Shown piece by piece: positions 36,523 through 40,518 of a stretch of 40,518 bases of DNA. Position 1 is the first letter of the stretch, and each line of letters starts with the position of its first letter. The position numbers and the translations under genes are program-made. The stretch is from Paraglomus brasilianum (lineage: Eukaryota): contig CAJVPI010000236.1 in assembly GCA_910592345.1 (NCBI GenBank), positions 1-40,518 of the forward strand, written 5' to 3'. The notes beneath the pieces are model-generated. The model made no database searches, was not told the DNA's origin, and worked only from the letters and a program-made list of their open reading frames with translations.

Positions 36523-37400
36523 TTATAATAGAAGGAACATATTTACGAAAGTTACATACTCATACGAAAAATCTTCCTCATTATCAACATGACCTTCATG
36601 AAGAAAATGCGCCTTTAGATAAACTAGTAGACATATAAAGTATGTTAGTATAAATAAAGCAACAAATAAAGTTTTTGAACATTTAAACTCACTTTTATGC
36701 ATATAGTAATAGTATACTTTTTCAAAAAATGCTTCTGTCTTTTTTAACACATTGCAATTTTCATACCATTTTATGGCTGTATTGTACCATTTAGTGTATT
36801 TATCTGCTTGAAATTGTTGCTTAGATAATACAGTAATAATGCTTGCCAATGTCCAACGTTATTTAATATATTCATTGCTTGGTAAGGACAGTTATCCACA
36901 AGAATTTAAACCAATCAATATCAAACTGTTCAAGTCTAGATACTAATTCATTTATTGCAACAAATGCCTGGTATTGCCTATATGGAACATGAATATGTTT
37001 AATATCTTCTGCAACTTCCTTCTTATCACCAAGTTCCAAATTAAAATGTGTCATTGATCTCAAATACCAAGTATGTTCATAATCATTGTTTGCATTAATT
37101 GCCGCTTCAATTTCAAACAGAGCTTTGTCAAAGTTTTTCATTTTTAACTTAATTATTGCTCTATTGCAAAGTGCAGTATAATTTGTGGAATTCTCTCTAT
37201 CACACACGGGTCTTTTGAGTAGTAGAATTTTCATTTCGCCAATATGCATCACGCTGAACATTTACAGTACCAGTGTTTATATCTTTGATTCGCACTTGTG
37301 TCTGAACCGCTAAAAATTTCAATCGCCTGGTTTACGATTTGTTGAGTCAGATGGCTTTTGTGCGACAATTAAGTGACATAGTGGGCAATTGTTCTGGTTT
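36523..37400 (-). pseudogene. Fragmented TPR-repeat protein gene
   Basis: TPR-like segment TALCNRAIIKLKMKNFDKALFEIEAAINANNDYEHTWYLRSMTHFNL. Upstream (QAIEIFS...) and downstream parts lie in other frames with stops. The 5' end abuts the Tc1 relic. Confidence 0.55.
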
Positions 37401-37485
37401 CACAACAATCTCATCAATTAAATTGTACTGCACATCATTTTGAAGCTAATACTAAATAGCAGTAGATTTTATTAAAAAAAAGTTA

Positions 37486-38648
37486 ATATGATATTCATTC
37501 ACCATTTTTCTTAATAATCTCATCACAACGTCGTGGCATCGATTCTACAAGAAGGCTATTCGGAATTTTGTCCCACCCTTCACCTAATTCGTTAAGATTT
37601 TTGGACTTACGCATTTCTACATTCCTTTTAACAATCGCCCAAAGGTTTTCAATAGGATTTAGGTCTGGACTAGTAGAAGGCCAGTCCATAACCTCTGGAA
37701 TGTTGTCTTTAAGGAATTCTTGGGCAATACGACTAGTATGTTTCGAATTATTATCCTGCTGTAACCGCCAATTGCCCTTTAACATGTTTTTTATTTCTGG
37801 AATATGCTGTTCCACTATTTCCGTGTAATATTTTTCGTCCATTATGCGACGAAAACAAGTAAAACTGGTTTTACCTTTTACACAGAAACCACCCCACGCG
37901 AATATTTTACGTCGATCTTTTGGCATAGGGCGGATTGGCCTCGCATTTTTATACCAATGCTCTATCGTGTTACGAAACAATTGAAATGCTGTTTGTCATT
38001 TTTATGTTTTCGTGCCCATTCAATACGTCGTTGCTTACGGGCCGGTGTAAGCATTGGTGTGGCAAGGGGAAGAGCATTCTAGAGTAACTAACACACTAAA
38101 CTTTCAAATACAGTTGTTATTATTTCAACGCCACTTTTTTTCGAATATTAATATTTATTAATTAGTCTGGAGAAATAACCGACTTCTGGTAACCAAGGTC
38201 ATTCAAATGCCTTGATACTGTTGAGCGGGAGACGTTTATTCCAATATCGTCCAATTTTTCAGCAATAGATTTAGCAGAAATTGAGGGATTCCTTCTAATA
38301 TACTGGCCGATTGCACGAGAAGCATTGGTCGTTATTTTCTTAATACGACCGTTACCACCTTTATGCCCACATCACCAGTTTTTTAGGTTTCGATAGATTG
38401 TTTTGGACGGTTAATGATTGAATTTCAGTAGCCGTTTGTATCCCTTGCCGCCAGAAATGTAATATAGGTTCACGTTGACTTCGCTTCTTAGATGGAGACA
38501 TTTTAATGTTTTGTGAAATACAAATTTTATTATAAGTTAAGTTAGGGTAATCGGAGCTTTTATTTGTATATTTAATCATGCGCTTGTGGCTGAAATTGAT
38601 GAAGTTACACCAATTAATCTTGTGATCGTTTTTTTTTGCACACCACTG
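37486..38648 (-). mobile_element. Defective Tc1-family DD34E transposon
   Basis: ATG at 38501 (MSPSKKRSQ), HTH region (SAKSIAEKL...VSRSTVSRHL), then QQDN...WPSTSPDLNPIENLW with 34 residues between D and E by hand count. It carries frameshifts, deletions and an internal insertion. A Tc1-like terminus (cagtggtgtgcaaaa on the - strand, flanked by TA) sits at 38648; the opposite TIR was not found. Confidence 0.9.
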
Positions 38649-38979
38649 TATTATTCCACCAATTCATCAAATCTGGCGCGAGAGATGAGATGAAGTTAAA
38701 ATGATTATTAGACATGTTTGTTTCCTGACGATACTAAGTGAAAGACACCGAATTGCAATGTTGATATTCCTCAATTAAATCTATGTCATTGTTTGACATG
38801 GCATTGGTCTTCATTCTATTTCTTTTTGAAAAATCGCTACGATCCTTCTTTGTTATAACGGCCATAATTGCTTTGATCATACGATTCATATTCTACTAGT
38901 CTGTTTGGATCATCTGATTTGCCAGTTATGATCTTCAGTTTGTTGATGCGGTAGCTATTTAGAGATCGTATGTTTAAGG

Positions 38980-39196
38980 CAACCACAAAGAAATAGAATG
39001 ATAATTGGTTTCGAAAATTGTATGCTGGTCAAAACAATTAAGATCTTCAACAAAAAAGGATCGTAAGGGAATCCAACAACCACAAAGAACAGAACGATTG
39101 AATAATTGAATGTCGAAATCGTATGATGGTACAAAATAATTAGGCTTTAACAAAAAGGGATTGTAAGGTAATTCAGGCTATCACAAAGAATAGAAA
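38980..39196. repeat. Degenerate ~100-bp tandem repeat (about 2 copies)
   Basis: Recurring blocks cacaaagaa(c/t)agaa, tcgaaa..gtatg.tggt..aaa.aatta and aacaaaaa.ggat.gtaagg at ~100-bp spacing. Confidence 0.55.
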
Positions 39197-39440
39197 GTGG
39201 TAGAGGTGTTAGAGGGAGGTCAATACAAGCTCGGCTGTAGTTCAGGAATATTAGACATTCACACTATGCAGCTGACTGAAGCTGTTGTAGCAGAGTTTCC
39301 TGACTTGTTAACTATTCCGGAGACTGTTGTATCTTTGACCGAGGCACTTAATGCAATTGGTAATAAGTGTAAATTCAAGACTGATTGCTCCACACGAAAC
39401 GGAGATTAAATGTGCAATGTGGAATTCACTGTCATTTACA
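39197..39440 (+). mobile_element. C-terminal fragment of a Ginger/GIN-type integrase-transposase
   Basis: VVEVLEGGQYKLGCSSGIL...IPETVVSLTEA followed by a broken Cys cluster (KCKFKTDCSTR...QCGIHCH). This resembles the SH3-like plus Cys-rich tail of such proteins (recall, not search). The catalytic core is absent. Confidence 0.55.
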
Positions 39441-39666
39441 AATACTGACGGTGTTAACGACTAACTGCCAGTATAAAGCGTCAACTAATTAGAGATACGT
39501 TAATTTTTCTTATTATGTTATTCATATTTGCTACTATAATAAATTCACTTGTTCGGGTGTTAATCATTGTTGTTGATATTATTGTCGCGCATTATGAAGT
39601 GATATAATCGAGTATGTTGATCATCACATACAACAATTCTGAAGTCAGAAATGGGTCAGAACATAT

Positions 39667-39870
39667 CCGTGTAAAGTACCTGGGTACAGAATTATATTTC
39701 TCAAATTTTGCTCATACTATGAGGTTTTTATTGGTTTGCTAACAACAGTTCAATCAATCTAGAACACACCATGACATACGTAGGAAGTGAATGCGAATTG
39801 TCATTGGTTATTATAAGCCACATGATAGTTACAAATCCATTGCCTTATATGGTGGGGGTACTTTACACGG
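39667..39870. mobile_element. Probable MITE with perfect 14-bp inverted repeats
   Basis: ccgtgtaaagtacc (39667-39680) and its reverse complement ggtactttacacgg (39857-39870). No clear TSD. Confidence 0.6.
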
Positions 39871-39962
39871 GGGACTTTAGTCAGCGCTCTACGGTACTTA
39901 TCTGATTCCTTGCCGTAACACACAATAAGTGTTGTCCGAGAGTTGCAACTGAAATTTTTACT

Positions 39963-40518
39963 ATGTCGTTAAAGCCAGGGGTTGTTAATAATCCAGCAAT
40001 TGAAAGCTTGATTCAATCGTCCTTAGAAAGTGAATTAAGACTTGAATGGATTCCTCACGAGGAAATCACCAACATAAAATCAACTCAAATTAACAATGTT
40101 CATTACGCTATTCGCAAGCAAACGAGGAGTGATGGTGAAGTGAAGGAAACGATGATAATACTGCTATCACTTGGAAATGATGAGATATGTACACCAACAC
40201 TTGTGAGTGAGTTTGCTAAAATATACTCACTTCCAACACACAAGTACAACAATGATGTTAATCAGTTCAGAAGACATTCCGTATGGCTTAGGAGTCGCAA
40301 TGAATTCATAATGGGATTCACCAAGTCTAATGACAACTACTACATGGTTGCTGATAAACTCTTTTATCACTGTTATTCTCGATATGGATTCTGCTCCGCA
40401 TGTGGAATACTCCGATGTAGTCCCGTGTGGTGCATTTGTGAACATAAACAATTATCCGATGGATGGACTAGCAACAATAACCAACTCGATGAGTTTATTA
40501 AGAAATCTCAATTACAAA
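39963..40518 (+). CDS. 5' part of a Glomeromycotina-type TKL kinase-family gene (truncated by the window end)
   Basis: Open frame from ATG 39963 to the window end, missing from the ORF track because no stop is reached: MSLKPGVV...LRLEWIPHEEI...GFCSACG..CSPVWCICEH...GWTSNNNQLDEFIKKSQLQ. The LEWIP, CxxC and WTSxNxxLDEFI motifs typically precede the kinase domain in this family. Confidence 0.8.
   Translation, partial: MSLKPGVVNNPAIESLIQSSLESELRLEWIPHEEITNIKSTQINNVHYAIRKQTRSDGEVKETMIILLSLGNDEICTPTLVSEFAKIYSLPTHKYNNDVNQFRRHSVWLRSRNEFIMGFTKSNDNYYMVADKLFYHCYSRYGFCSACGILRCSPVWCICEHKQLSDGWTSNNNQLDEFIKKSQLQ

Overview
AT-rich, intron-containing eukaryotic DNA. The gene families (BTB-BACK-TLDc proteins, TKL-like kinases with the WTSxNxxLDEFIKKSQL motif, TPR relic, fungal P-loop ATPase relic) point to an early-diverging fungus, most likely an arbuscular mycorrhizal fungus (Glomeromycotina); the taxon is an inference. 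Left to right: a 9-exon DHA1-type MFS transporter (-); a decayed P-loop ATPase pseudogene in a CpG desert; a KCTD/T1-type BTB gene (+); then the main feature, six intact and strongly diverged BTB-BACK-TLDc genes (10.8-30.8 kb). All six share one phase-2 intron at the same codon and fall into two subfamilies. The array is interrupted by an intact 7-exon gene with a restriction-endonuclease-like (PD-(D/E)xK-like) C-terminus, a 137-bp tandem duplication and a transposase relic. The last 9 kb is mostly relics: a kinase pseudogene, a Mutator-like foldback MITE with 9-bp TSD, a TPR relic, a Tc1 DD34E element and a Ginger-like fragment. It ends in the 5' part of a kinase-family gene that runs off the window. 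No rRNA, tRNA or CRISPR array is seen. Exon boundaries were derived by hand from GT-AG sites and frame continuity.
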